DNA of 64,000 bases from Candidatus Nanopelagicales bacterium (GTDB lineage Bacteria; Actinomycetota; Actinomycetes; JAHEKZ01), in assembly GCA_038316135.1 (NCBI GenBank), contig JBBQAL010000001.1:1308-65307 (forward strand). Reading direction: 5' to 3'. Shown here in pieces: positions 32,943 through 41,652 of this stretch (positions are counted from its first letter, which is position 1; every line of letters begins with the position of its first letter). The notes below the pieces were generated by a model. The model had not been told where the DNA came from. It saw only the letters and a program-made list of their open reading frames with translations, and ran no database searches. A program made the position numbers and the translations under genes.

Positions 32943-33547
32943 GTGATGTAGGCGATGCCCCCGAGCGGTGGCCGGGCCTCGAGTCGATCACGGCCGCGGC
33001 ACGGTTAGCAGGTGTCGACGTCGAGGTCAGCGAGAACTTCGGCGACGTGACCGTGACCCTCAGCCCGGACCAGTGGGTTGCCGGCCTGACGATGCTCCGC
33101 GATGGGCTGGCGTTGACTTTCTTCGACTGGCTGTCAGCCGTGGACGAGGGCGACGCTACGGGATTTAGCGTCTTCTGCCACCTCTACGACCCGAAGAGCC
33201 ATGCCCATCTGCTCGCTCGCACGACACTCCAGGCAAACGATCCGTCGCTGGCCACGGCCACCGGCATCTTCCGCGGCGCAGCGTGGCACGAGCGAGAGAC
33301 GCACGAGATGTTTGGCATCGACTTTCCGGGCCATGCCCATCTGGCGCCCCTACTGCTCTCCGATGAGTTCGTCGGGCATCCGCTGCGTAAGGACTTCATG
33401 CTGGCCGCGCGCGCGTCAAAGCCATGGCCAGGGGCGAAAGAGCCGGGTGAGTCTGGTGATGGTGCCCCGAGCCGCCGTAGGATGCAGCCTCCCGGGGTTC
33501 CTGACCCCTCGTGGGGCCCCCGCACCTCCGGCAGTACCGATGACTGA
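32939..33547 (+). CDS. nuoC2: NuoC-like (30 kDa) subunit, not fused to any NuoD
   Basis: GTGA overlap with nuoB2. Motif [20 protein letters not shown]. 202 aa with a low-complexity tail. Confidence 0.85.
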   Translation: MSDVGDAPERWPGLESITAAARLAGVDVEVSENFGDVTVTLSPDQWVAGLTMLRDGLALTFFDWLSAVDEGDATGFSVFCHLYDPKSHAHLLARTTLQANDPSLATATGIFRGAAWHERETHEMFGIDFPGHAHLAPLLLSDEFVGHPLRKDFMLAARASKPWPGAKEPGESGDGAPSRRRMQPPGVPDPSWGPRTSGSTDD

Positions 33548-34490
33548 CGTGCTCGAAGCCGGCCTCCGGCTCATGGTGGTATTTGCCGCCTTTCTCACTC
33601 TGCCGTTGCTCGTCGGGCAGCTCGAGCACAAGGCGATGGCGCACATGCAGTCCCGGGTGGGCCCGATGTACGCAGGGGGCTTTCACGGCTGGGCGCAGTT
33701 GATTGCCGACGGTGTGAAGTTTTCGCAGAAAGAGGCCATCGTTCCGGATGCGGCTGACCGCACCATTTTCGGACTTGCCCCGGCGTTGGCCCTGCTTCCG
33801 TACTTCATCGCCATGGTCGCCATCCCCATCGGCCCCGGCCTGGTCGGCCAGGAGATCGACGCCGGTGTCTTCTTCGTCCTCGCCGTCATGGGGATTGGTG
33901 TCATCGGGACGCTCATGGCCGGGTGGGCCAGCGCAAACAAGTACTCAGTACTCGGTGCCGTTCGTCAGGTATCGCAACTCATGGCGTACGAACTGCCCTT
34001 TGTTCTTGCTGCTGCGTCGGTCGTGATGGCGGCAGGGTCGTTGGGGTTCACCGACATCGTCGACGCGTGGCAGCCCTGGTGGCTGATCTGGCAGCTGCCG
34101 GCCGGCGTGGTCTTCTTTGTCGCCGGCCTTGCCGAGCTGAACCGCCCGCCCTTCGACATGCCTGTTGCCGACGCCGAGATCATCTTTGGTCCGTACACCG
34201 AGTACACCGGCTTGAGGTTCGCGCTCTTCCTGCTCGCCGAGTACGCCGGGATCGTGCTGCTCTGCTTCCTCACCTCGGTGCTCTTCCTGGGTGGCTGGAA
34301 CGGCCCCTTCGGTGACTCGTGGCTGTGGACGTTCGCGAAGGCGGGCGTGCTTGCCTTCGTGGTGGTCTGGCTACGCGTGAGCTACCCACGTCTTCGGGCT
34401 GACCAGCTGCAGAAGCTTGCCTGGCAAGTCCTGATCCCGGTGGCCTTGGCTCAGCTGCTCCTTACCGGGGTGGTGGTTCTCGCATGGTGA
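33540..34490 (+). CDS. nuoH2: NuoH-like subunit
   Basis: ATG 33540 overlaps the nuoC2 stop at 33545-33547. Motifs [26 protein letters not shown] and [16 protein letters not shown]. The track ORF start at 33201 is a frame-overlap artefact. Confidence 0.88.
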   Translation: MTDVLEAGLRLMVVFAAFLTLPLLVGQLEHKAMAHMQSRVGPMYAGGFHGWAQLIADGVKFSQKEAIVPDAADRTIFGLAPALALLPYFIAMVAIPIGPGLVGQEIDAGVFFVLAVMGIGVIGTLMAGWASANKYSVLGAVRQVSQLMAYELPFVLAAASVVMAAGSLGFTDIVDAWQPWWLIWQLPAGVVFFVAGLAELNRPPFDMPVADAEIIFGPYTEYTGLRFALFLLAEYAGIVLLCFLTSVLFLGGWNGPFGDSWLWTFAKAGVLAFVVVWLRVSYPRLRADQLQKLAWQVLIPVALAQLLLTGVVVLAW

Positions 34491-35050
34491 AGAACAGGGA
34501 AGAGCGAGTAGGTAGCAAGGGCGCCGGTCTCTTCAAGGGGCTGGGCATCACCCTGTCGACGATGACGAAGCGGTCGATCACCGAGCAGTACCCGGACGTG
34601 CAGCCGGAGCTACCGCCGAGAAGCCGCGGTGTGATTGCGCTACTTGAAGAGAACTGCACCTCCTGCATGCTCTGTGCTCGAGAGTGCCCCGACTGGTGCA
34701 TCTACATCGACTCACACAAAGAGGTTATCCCGGCGACAGAGGAGGGCGGCCGCGAGCGTTCGCGGAATGTCCTCGATCGATTCGCCATCGACTTTTCGCT
34801 CTGCATGTACTGCGGGATCTGCGTCGATGTCTGTCCCTTCGATGCCCTCTTCTGGTCGCCGGAGTTTGAGTACTCCGAGTTCGATATCCGTAACATGACC
34901 CATGAGAAGGAGCGGCTGGGGCAGTGGATGGCAACTGTTCCGCCTCCTCCCGCTCTTGATCCTGCTGCCGCCGAGCCGAAGGAACTCCTGGGCGTCCGGA
35001 AGAAGGCTGAGGCGGCGACGCTCCCCATCGAGCCGGGCAGCGCCTCGTGA
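34484..35050 (+). CDS. nuoI2: NuoI-like 2x[4Fe-4S] subunit
   Basis: [12 protein letters not shown] and [12 protein letters not shown]. Confidence 0.88.
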   Translation: MVKNREERVGSKGAGLFKGLGITLSTMTKRSITEQYPDVQPELPPRSRGVIALLEENCTSCMLCARECPDWCIYIDSHKEVIPATEEGGRERSRNVLDRFAIDFSLCMYCGICVDVCPFDALFWSPEFEYSEFDIRNMTHEKERLGQWMATVPPPPALDPAAAEPKELLGVRKKAEAATLPIEPGSAS

Positions 35051-35574
35051 GCGAACGTTCTCTGTTGTCGCCTACGGGGGTTGACATCGTCTTCACTCTG
35101 CTCGGCCTCGTGGCCGTTGCAGCAGCGCTGATGGTCGTCACGACGAAGCAGATTGTGCATGCTGCGCTTTGGCTCGTTGTCTCGCTGGGTGCAGTCGCGG
35201 GTTGTTACCTGGTCCTGACCGCGGAGTTCGTCGCGTGGATGCAGGTGCTGATCTACCTCGGTGCAGTCGTCGTCCTGTTGCTCTTCGGAATGATGCTGAC
35301 GCGCGCGCCGATTGGACCATCTGAAGAGCTGACGGGTGCCAATCGGGTCGTGTCCCTCTTCGCAGCTCTGGCGATCACGGCGGTGCTGGGCGTCCTCATC
35401 GTTGACGCCTTCGCTACCACGATGATCGATATTGACGGTCAGAAGTCAACGGCCTCGGTGGTGGGAGCGTCGCTCTTCCGCTACTGGGTTCTTCCCTTTG
35501 AAGCGCTGTCAGTCCTGCTGCTGTCGGCACTCGTGGGGGCTATCGCACTATCCCAGTCGGACGAGGAGGCGTGA
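35047..35574 (+). CDS. nuoJ2: NuoJ-like subunit
   Basis: GTGA overlap. 175 aa, hydrophobic, ND6-like. Confidence 0.8.
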   Translation: MSERSLLSPTGVDIVFTLLGLVAVAAALMVVTTKQIVHAALWLVVSLGAVAGCYLVLTAEFVAWMQVLIYLGAVVVLLLFGMMLTRAPIGPSEELTGANRVVSLFAALAITAVLGVLIVDAFATTMIDIDGQKSTASVVGASLFRYWVLPFEALSVLLLSALVGAIALSQSDEEA

Positions 35575-35889
35575 GTGCACCTTTCACTTCCGCTGCTCCT
35601 GTCGGTCGCGCTCTTCGGCATCGGCGTCTACGGCCTGCTGGTGCGACGTAACGCGATTCTGATTCTGATGTCGGTCGAGCTGATGCTCAACGGAGTCAAC
35701 GTCAGCCTTGTTGCGTTCGATGTGTACTGGGCTGACGTGCTCCACGCTGGCCAGTCATTGGCAATCTTCGTCATCACCATCGCGGCTGCAGAGATCGGTC
35801 TCGGTCTGGCGATCTTGCTGCTTCTCTTCCGTGCGCGGAACACGATCGCTATCGATGAAGCGACCGAGCTGCACGAGGACGCGTCATGA
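35575..35889 (+). CDS. nuoK2: NuoK-like subunit
   Basis: 104 aa: SVELMLNGVNV...AAAEIGLGLAI. Confidence 0.85.
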   Translation: MHLSLPLLLSVALFGIGVYGLLVRRNAILILMSVELMLNGVNVSLVAFDVYWADVLHAGQSLAIFVITIAAAEIGLGLAILLLLFRARNTIAIDEATELHEDAS

Positions 35890-37733
35890 CGACGGCGCTT
35901 CTCATGGTGCTGGTCCCCGCCCTCGCCGCGGTACTGGGGCTGATGCTGGGCGGGATGTCGCGGGCCTTAGCGGCTGCAGTTGCGGTGGTGGGCACGGCGT
36001 CGGCATTTGCCATCGCTGTCTTCCTGGCGCTGCAAGCGCCGTGGGTGCAGCCGCTCATCGGGGCTGGTTTTGGCGAAGGCACCCTGCCCCTTGGGGCGAC
36101 TGTTGTTGACGGCCTCGCTAGCACTGTTGCACTCATGGTCTGCTTCGTCTCGTTGCTCGTGCAGATCTACTCGATTGGCTACCTGCGCGACGAGCTGCGG
36201 TACTCCAGCTATGCGGCGTTCATCTCTCTGTTCACGGCGGCGATGTTGGCCGTCGTCGTGGCTGGCGACCTGCTTCTGTTGGTCATCGGCTGGGAGGTCA
36301 TGGGCCTCTGCTCTTACCTGCTGATCGGACAGCAGTGGGAACAGGAGGAGGCCAGGCGAGCAGCGGTCAAGGCATTCCTCGTCACGAAAGTCGGTGACAT
36401 CGGTTTTATCATTGGCATTGTTGTTCTGATCGGGGCGACGGCGACCACGCTGCTACCTGGCGCTGTCCAAGCCGCTGCTGACGATCCGACTGTCGCAACC
36501 GTGGCCTCCGGGCTGATCTTGCTCGGGGTTCTGGGTAAGTCTGCTCAGTTCCCACTGCATGCCTGGCTGCCCGATGCGATGGCCGGTCCATCGCCGGTGA
36601 GCGCGCTGATCCATGCGGCCACCATGGTGGCCGCCGGCGTTTACGTGGTGGCCCGGCTCTACCCGATGTACCTGGCGGCACCTGCGGTTCTGACGGCCAT
36701 GGCGGTGATCGCCTGCGTCACGATGCTCGGTGCTGCGGTGATCGCGGTCGTCCAGGACGACTTGAAGCGAGTCTTGGCCTGGTCAACAGTCAGCCAGCTG
36801 GCCTACATGGTGGCGGCCCTCGCGCTCGGTGCTCGCGATGCCGCGATCTTCCACATGCTTTCGCACGCCTTCTTCAAGGCGTTGCTCTTCCTTGCCGCAG
36901 GGGCGGTGATCCATGCCGTCGGTAGCGGCGCGCTGCGTGACTTGGGTGGGCTTCGGCGGTCGATGCCGGTCACCTTCTTCACCATGACGATCGGACTGCT
37001 CGCCCTGGTGGGCGTCTTTCCACTGGCCGGGTTCTTCAGCAAAGAGTCCGTGCTGGTTGCGGCTGAACACGCGGCCGACGGGGATGCAGCAGTCGCCTCG
37101 TGGGTGGGCTGGACCGTTCTGGTGGTGTCCATCCTCACCATCGCCGTGACTGCCGCCTACGCACTGCGACTCTGGCTGCTGACCTGGTCTGGCCAACGGC
37201 GGGACGCCAGCGAAATTCACGAGGCGCCAGCGGTGATGTACGTACCTCTCGTGGCGCTGGCGGTGCCTGTCGTCATGTTCGGGTTCAGCGCTCTTGAGCG
37301 TGGCTGGCTTCCGACCTGGATCCAGGCCACCGCGACCGAGCCGCTCAGGACGGTAGAGGCGTTGACCCCCGAAGCCGCGACCGTAGCAATGTCGGTAGTG
37401 GCGGTCATCGTCGGTGCCGGGACCACCCTGGTCTTCCGGCGCCGCGAGGTGTTCGCGCGTGGTCGCGCCGGCTCCTTCGTGGCCGGTGGGTTCGGCTTTG
37501 ATGCGGTCTACGAAGGCCTGGTCGTCCGTCCGTTTCTCGTGGCTGTCGGTTGGGTGACTGCCTTCGACCGAACTGCGATTCAGCGGTCGGTCTCGGGGGT
37601 TGGCGTTGCAACGTTGAGCGTCGGCTCGCTGCTGCAGCGCCCCTATCGCGGAGACGTTCAGCGCTACGTCTCCGCCGCCGTAACCGCAGTTGTCGTCGCC
37701 GTTGTTGTCACACTGGTGGCGGTAGCCACATGA
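35886..37733 (+). CDS. nuoL2: NuoL-like antiporter subunit
   Basis: 615 aa. Motif [27 protein letters not shown]. Confidence 0.88.
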   Translation: MTTALLMVLVPALAAVLGLMLGGMSRALAAAVAVVGTASAFAIAVFLALQAPWVQPLIGAGFGEGTLPLGATVVDGLASTVALMVCFVSLLVQIYSIGYLRDELRYSSYAAFISLFTAAMLAVVVAGDLLLLVIGWEVMGLCSYLLIGQQWEQEEARRAAVKAFLVTKVGDIGFIIGIVVLIGATATTLLPGAVQAAADDPTVATVASGLILLGVLGKSAQFPLHAWLPDAMAGPSPVSALIHAATMVAAGVYVVARLYPMYLAAPAVLTAMAVIACVTMLGAAVIAVVQDDLKRVLAWSTVSQLAYMVAALALGARDAAIFHMLSHAFFKALLFLAAGAVIHAVGSGALRDLGGLRRSMPVTFFTMTIGLLALVGVFPLAGFFSKESVLVAAEHAADGDAAVASWVGWTVLVVSILTIAVTAAYALRLWLLTWSGQRRDASEIHEAPAVMYVPLVALAVPVVMFGFSALERGWLPTWIQATATEPLRTVEALTPEAATVAMSVVAVIVGAGTTLVFRRREVFARGRAGSFVAGGFGFDAVYEGLVVRPFLVAVGWVTAFDRTAIQRSVSGVGVATLSVGSLLQRPYRGDVQRYVSAAVTAVVVAVVVTLVAVAT

Positions 37734-39238
37734 CCTCGTCGTGGTTGCTCCCTGCTCTTCTCCTGGTCCCCCTTCTGGGCGCCTTGGTGATGCTGCTTGC
37801 CGGACGTCGTGCCGAGCGTTGGGCTACCTGGTTCGGGGTTGGCGTGCAGTCGGCCGGCCTGCTGTTGACGCTCGTGGTCATGGCGCAGTTCAGCCAGACA
37901 CAGTCCGGCGCTATGCAGATGGTCGTCGAGGAGAACTGGATCCCCGAACTTCTCGTGAACTTCCGTCTCGGTATCGATGGCATCTCGCTGCCGCTGGTAG
38001 TCCTGACCTCGTTGCTGGGCTGGTGCGCGGCGGTCTACACGGTGCGGCCTGGCGCCGAGCCAGGGCGAGATCGCGCATTCGTCGGCCTGCTCCTGCTGCT
38101 GCAGGTCGGGATGCTCGGCACCTTCATGGCGCTCGACCTCATTCTCTTCTTCCTCTTCTTCGAGGTTGTGCTCGTGCCGATGTGGTTCCTCATCGCGTTT
38201 TGGGGAAGCGGTGAGCGCCGCCGCTCGGCGAACACCTTCATCCTTTTCACGGTTCTCGGCTCGGTCGTCATGCTGCTGGGCTTCCTCGTCGTCATCGTCG
38301 AGACCGGGTCAGCGGACATGGTCGCACTGGCGAACGGGTTGGGCGCGCAGATGTCGACAAGCGCACAGCTGACCGCCGCTCTGTTGATCCTGGGCGGCCT
38401 CGCCGTAAAGACACCGATGTGGCCACTGCACACCTGGCTTCCGGACGCACACACAGCGGCGCCGACGGTTGGTTCGGTGCTACTGGCGGGGGTGCTGCTG
38501 AAGATGGGCACGTACGGGATGGTGCGCATCGTCGTCCCGACTCTCCCGGACGCGATGCTGAGTATCGCTCCGTATCTCGCGGCGTTCGCCGTTGTCGGGA
38601 TTCTCTATGGTGCCCTGGCAAGCTACGGGCAGGATGACCTGAAGCGCCTGATCGCGTTCTCATCAGTGGGGCACATGGGATTTGTGCTCCTCGGTATCTC
38701 GACCCTTTCGGTCGTTGGTATCAACGCTGCTCTTTTCGGCAACATCGCCCACGGACTAATCACCGGCCTGCTGTTCTTCGTGGTCGGAGGCATCAAGCAG
38801 CGAACCGGAAGTACTGCCTTTGCCGAACTTCCCCGTGCTTTGTATGCCTCAGCACCACGACTGGGATTCCTCCTGGGCTTTGCGGCAGTGGCCAGCCTCG
38901 GGATGCCGGGCCTTGCCGGCTTCTGGGGAGAGTTCCTCGCTCTCGTTGGTGCGTACCACCCACTCGTGCCGGAACGGTTGTTCTATCGAGCGATGCTCGT
39001 GCTTGCCGCCATCGGCATGGTGCTGGCCGCTGCCTACTTCCTCAGGGTGTTGAGGCGCGTTGGTCAGGGCCCTGCACCCGAGAGACAGCTGGACGACGTT
39101 GCCACCGACGAGTGGCTGTCCTGGACCCCACTTGTCGCACTCATTGTGATCCTTGGTGTTGCCCCCTTCCTGCTCTTACAGGTCACTGAACCGGCGGTCC
39201 GGGTTGTGGTGGAGTCGGTAGCTGGTGCGCTCCCATGA
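37730..39238 (+). CDS. nuoM2: NuoM-like antiporter subunit
   Basis: ATGA overlap at 37730; the track ORF 37550 overlaps nuoL2. Motif HTWLPDAHTAAPTVGSVLLAGVLLK. Confidence 0.88.
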   Translation: MTSSWLLPALLLVPLLGALVMLLAGRRAERWATWFGVGVQSAGLLLTLVVMAQFSQTQSGAMQMVVEENWIPELLVNFRLGIDGISLPLVVLTSLLGWCAAVYTVRPGAEPGRDRAFVGLLLLLQVGMLGTFMALDLILFFLFFEVVLVPMWFLIAFWGSGERRRSANTFILFTVLGSVVMLLGFLVVIVETGSADMVALANGLGAQMSTSAQLTAALLILGGLAVKTPMWPLHTWLPDAHTAAPTVGSVLLAGVLLKMGTYGMVRIVVPTLPDAMLSIAPYLAAFAVVGILYGALASYGQDDLKRLIAFSSVGHMGFVLLGISTLSVVGINAALFGNIAHGLITGLLFFVVGGIKQRTGSTAFAELPRALYASAPRLGFLLGFAAVASLGMPGLAGFWGEFLALVGAYHPLVPERLFYRAMLVLAAIGMVLAAAYFLRVLRRVGQGPAPERQLDDVATDEWLSWTPLVALIVILGVAPFLLLQVTEPAVRVVVESVAGALP

Positions 39239-40698
39239 CCATCCAGTCGATCGACCTCCTGACGCTGTCCCCGACCCTGGTTGTAGCGGTCGGCGCTCTC
39301 CTGGCGCTGGTGGCCGAGCTGGTCACAGGGCGCGGTCAGGTCGCGATTGGTGTTGGCCTGGCCGCCTTGGTGGCGGCCACACCTTTCGCGGTTCTCGCCA
39401 GTGGCGAGCAGACCCTCTGCAATGGCACTGACGCATCCTGCGCCTACGTTGTCTCGCCACTGGCTGTCGCGCTGCAGTTGATCGTGCTGGTGAGCACGGC
39501 TGTGGTGCTGCTGATGGCTTCGGCAGATGTGGCCGACCGAACCGTCCCAGGCGGAGAGTTCGTCTTTCTCATTCTCTGTTCGGCGGCTGGCGCAGTTCTG
39601 GTACCAGCGACCAATGACCTGGTGACCTTGATCGTGGCACTCGAGGTGGTGTCCTTGCCCACCTTTGCGCTCGTCGCCCTGAGGCGGGGCGAACCGCGGG
39701 CGGCCGAGGCAGCACTGAAGGCGTTCATCTTCTCGATCGTCTCCGTTGCCGTGTCGCTCTACGGGATATCCCTGCTGTACGGAACGACGGGTGTCGTCGC
39801 GTTCGAGCAATTGGCCGCTGCCGCAACTCTCACCGATCCGACTCCGTTGGGTACCGCGGGACTGGTCATGGTGCTGGCCGTGATCGGGTTCAAGATTGCG
39901 GCGGTGCCCTTCCACGCCTGGGCGCCTGATACCTATCAGGGTGCGACAGTCCCTGTTGCTGCTTACCTCTCGGTGGTCTCCAAGACCGCGGGGTTTGCAG
40001 CGCTCCTCCTCGTGACCTGGACGTTCGCGGGGTGGAGCGAGGTCTGGGCCCCGGTTGTCGCCGTTCTTGCTGGGCTGACGATGCTCGTCGGCAACACAGT
40101 GGCCCTGAAGCAGCGGCAAGCGGTGCGGCTGCTGGCCTGGTCGTCGATTGCACAGGCCGGCTACATCCTGGTGCCGCTTGCGGCGGTAGCCGGTTCGGTC
40201 GGGTGGGGTCCGGGAGTGACCGGTGCAGTCATCGGCTACCTGGTTGCCTACGCAGCGATGAACCTAGGCGCCTTTGCGGTGGTCACGATAGTGGCCAGGC
40301 GTGCTGGTGCCGAGTGGCTGGCTGACTACCGAGGGCTGGCGTGGCGCAGCCCCTGGCTGGCCGTTGCACTTGCGTTCTTCCTGGCCAGCCTCGCCGGTCT
40401 GCCACCGGGGCTGATCGGCCTGCTGGTGAAGGTGCGCGTGCTGGTCGTCCCGGTCGATGCCGGGGTGTGGTGGCTCGCAGTCGTCATGGCGGTCGCCACG
40501 GTGATCGGTTTGGCCTACTACCTGGCGTGGGCTGCACTGCTCTTCCGGCGTCCGGAGACTGCTGGCGACGAAGGCTTGACGGGCCGACTGGCGGTTGGGT
40601 CCAGGACGCAGGCGGTTGCTGTCGCCGTTTGCCTGGCGTTGACCGTCGTATTCTCGGTGGCGCCTTCACTGGCCCTCGGCCTGGTCGACCGACTCTGA
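39235..40698 (+). CDS. nuoN2: NuoN-like antiporter subunit
   Basis: ATGA overlap. Motif FHAWAPDTYQGATVPVAAYLSVVSK. Confidence 0.88.
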   Translation: MTIQSIDLLTLSPTLVVAVGALLALVAELVTGRGQVAIGVGLAALVAATPFAVLASGEQTLCNGTDASCAYVVSPLAVALQLIVLVSTAVVLLMASADVADRTVPGGEFVFLILCSAAGAVLVPATNDLVTLIVALEVVSLPTFALVALRRGEPRAAEAALKAFIFSIVSVAVSLYGISLLYGTTGVVAFEQLAAAATLTDPTPLGTAGLVMVLAVIGFKIAAVPFHAWAPDTYQGATVPVAAYLSVVSKTAGFAALLLVTWTFAGWSEVWAPVVAVLAGLTMLVGNTVALKQRQAVRLLAWSSIAQAGYILVPLAAVAGSVGWGPGVTGAVIGYLVAYAAMNLGAFAVVTIVARRAGAEWLADYRGLAWRSPWLAVALAFFLASLAGLPPGLIGLLVKVRVLVVPVDAGVWWLAVVMAVATVIGLAYYLAWAALLFRRPETAGDEGLTGRLAVGSRTQAVAVAVCLALTVVFSVAPSLALGLVDRL

Positions 40699-40741
40699 CG
40701 TCCACAGGTGATTCTCAGCCGCAGATGATAAGAGTGGAGTC

Positions 40742-41596
40742 ATGAACCGCTACTTCAACGGAGTCAAGACCGCCTTCCTACTGGCCCTCATGGCCGCCGT
40801 CATCATGCTGATCGGCCTGTGGCTCGGAGGTACCCAAGGTCTGGTCATCGCCTTTGTCATCGCGCTCGGTATGAACGCCTTCTCGTATTGGAATAGTGGG
40901 TCGCTCGCGATTCGCGCGATGAAGGCACGCCCGGTGACCGAAGCCGAGCAGCCGACGATGTACCGAATCGTGCAGAACCTCGCGATGCAGCAGGGCGAGC
41001 CGATGCCCCAGCTCTACGTGTCACCGACGATGGCGCCCAACGCGTTTGCCACCGGCCGCAACCCCCAGAACGCCAAGGTCTGTTGTACCGAAGGCATTCT
41101 GCAACTACTCGACGAACGAGAGCTGCGCGGCGTCCTGGCCCACGAACTCGCCCACGTCTACAACCGTGACATTCTCATCGCATCGGTTGCTGCGACCATG
41201 GCCGCAGTGATCATGTTCGTTGCACAGTTCGCCTGGTTGCTGCCGATCGGTGGCGACCGCGAGCGGGGGAACATCATCGGCTCGTTGGCGCTGATGATTC
41301 TCGGGCCGATTGCCGCGTCACTGATCCAGTTCGCGATCAGCAGGTCGCGCGAGTTTCAGGCCGACCAGTCAGGAGCGGAGTACACCGGCGACCCCATGGC
41401 TCTGGCTTCTGCGCTTCGAAAGCTCGAGCAAGGTACGCAGGCTGCGCCGCTGCGTCCCGAGCCAGAGTTGGAGACGGCAAGCGCGTTGATGATCGCCAAT
41501 CCGTTCCGGGCTACGGGCATGACCAAGCTCTTCTCGACGCACCCCGCGACCGCCGACCGGGTTGCGCGCCTTGAGGAGATGGCCGGCTACCGGTGA
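40742..41596 (+). CDS. htpX: HtpX-family M48 zinc metalloprotease
   Basis: HELAHVYNRD (HExxH), N-terminal TM helices, 284 aa. Confidence 0.9.
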   Translation: MNRYFNGVKTAFLLALMAAVIMLIGLWLGGTQGLVIAFVIALGMNAFSYWNSGSLAIRAMKARPVTEAEQPTMYRIVQNLAMQQGEPMPQLYVSPTMAPNAFATGRNPQNAKVCCTEGILQLLDERELRGVLAHELAHVYNRDILIASVAATMAAVIMFVAQFAWLLPIGGDRERGNIIGSLALMILGPIAASLIQFAISRSREFQADQSGAEYTGDPMALASALRKLEQGTQAAPLRPEPELETASALMIANPFRATGMTKLFSTHPATADRVARLEEMAGYR

Positions 41597-41603
41597 TTGA
41601 CTA

Positions 41604-41642
41604 ACTGATCAGTCAGTCAGTAGCATCGGCAGACTGATCAGT
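41604..41642. promoter_or_regulatory. Two identical perfect 10-bp palindromes ACTGATCAGT (41604-41613 and 41633-41642); candidate operator pair
   Basis: Read directly. Centres are 29 bp apart. The second copy abuts the GGAGG SD of the downstream flavoprotein gene. Confidence 0.4.
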
Positions 41643-41652
41643 GGAGGTCTTC

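Noticed and set aside
33201-33539. Upstream extension of the NuoH2 ORF, and a possible nuoD2 remnant
   Set aside because: This stretch is the nuoC2 coding frame. NuoH-like sequence starts at ATG 33540. No NuoD-like motif appears in any frame, and there is no spare DNA between nuoC2 and nuoH2.
39064-40119. 351-aa minus-strand ORF
   Set aside because: Antisense to nuoM2/nuoN2. The product is an Arg/Gly/Gln-rich sequence with no features.
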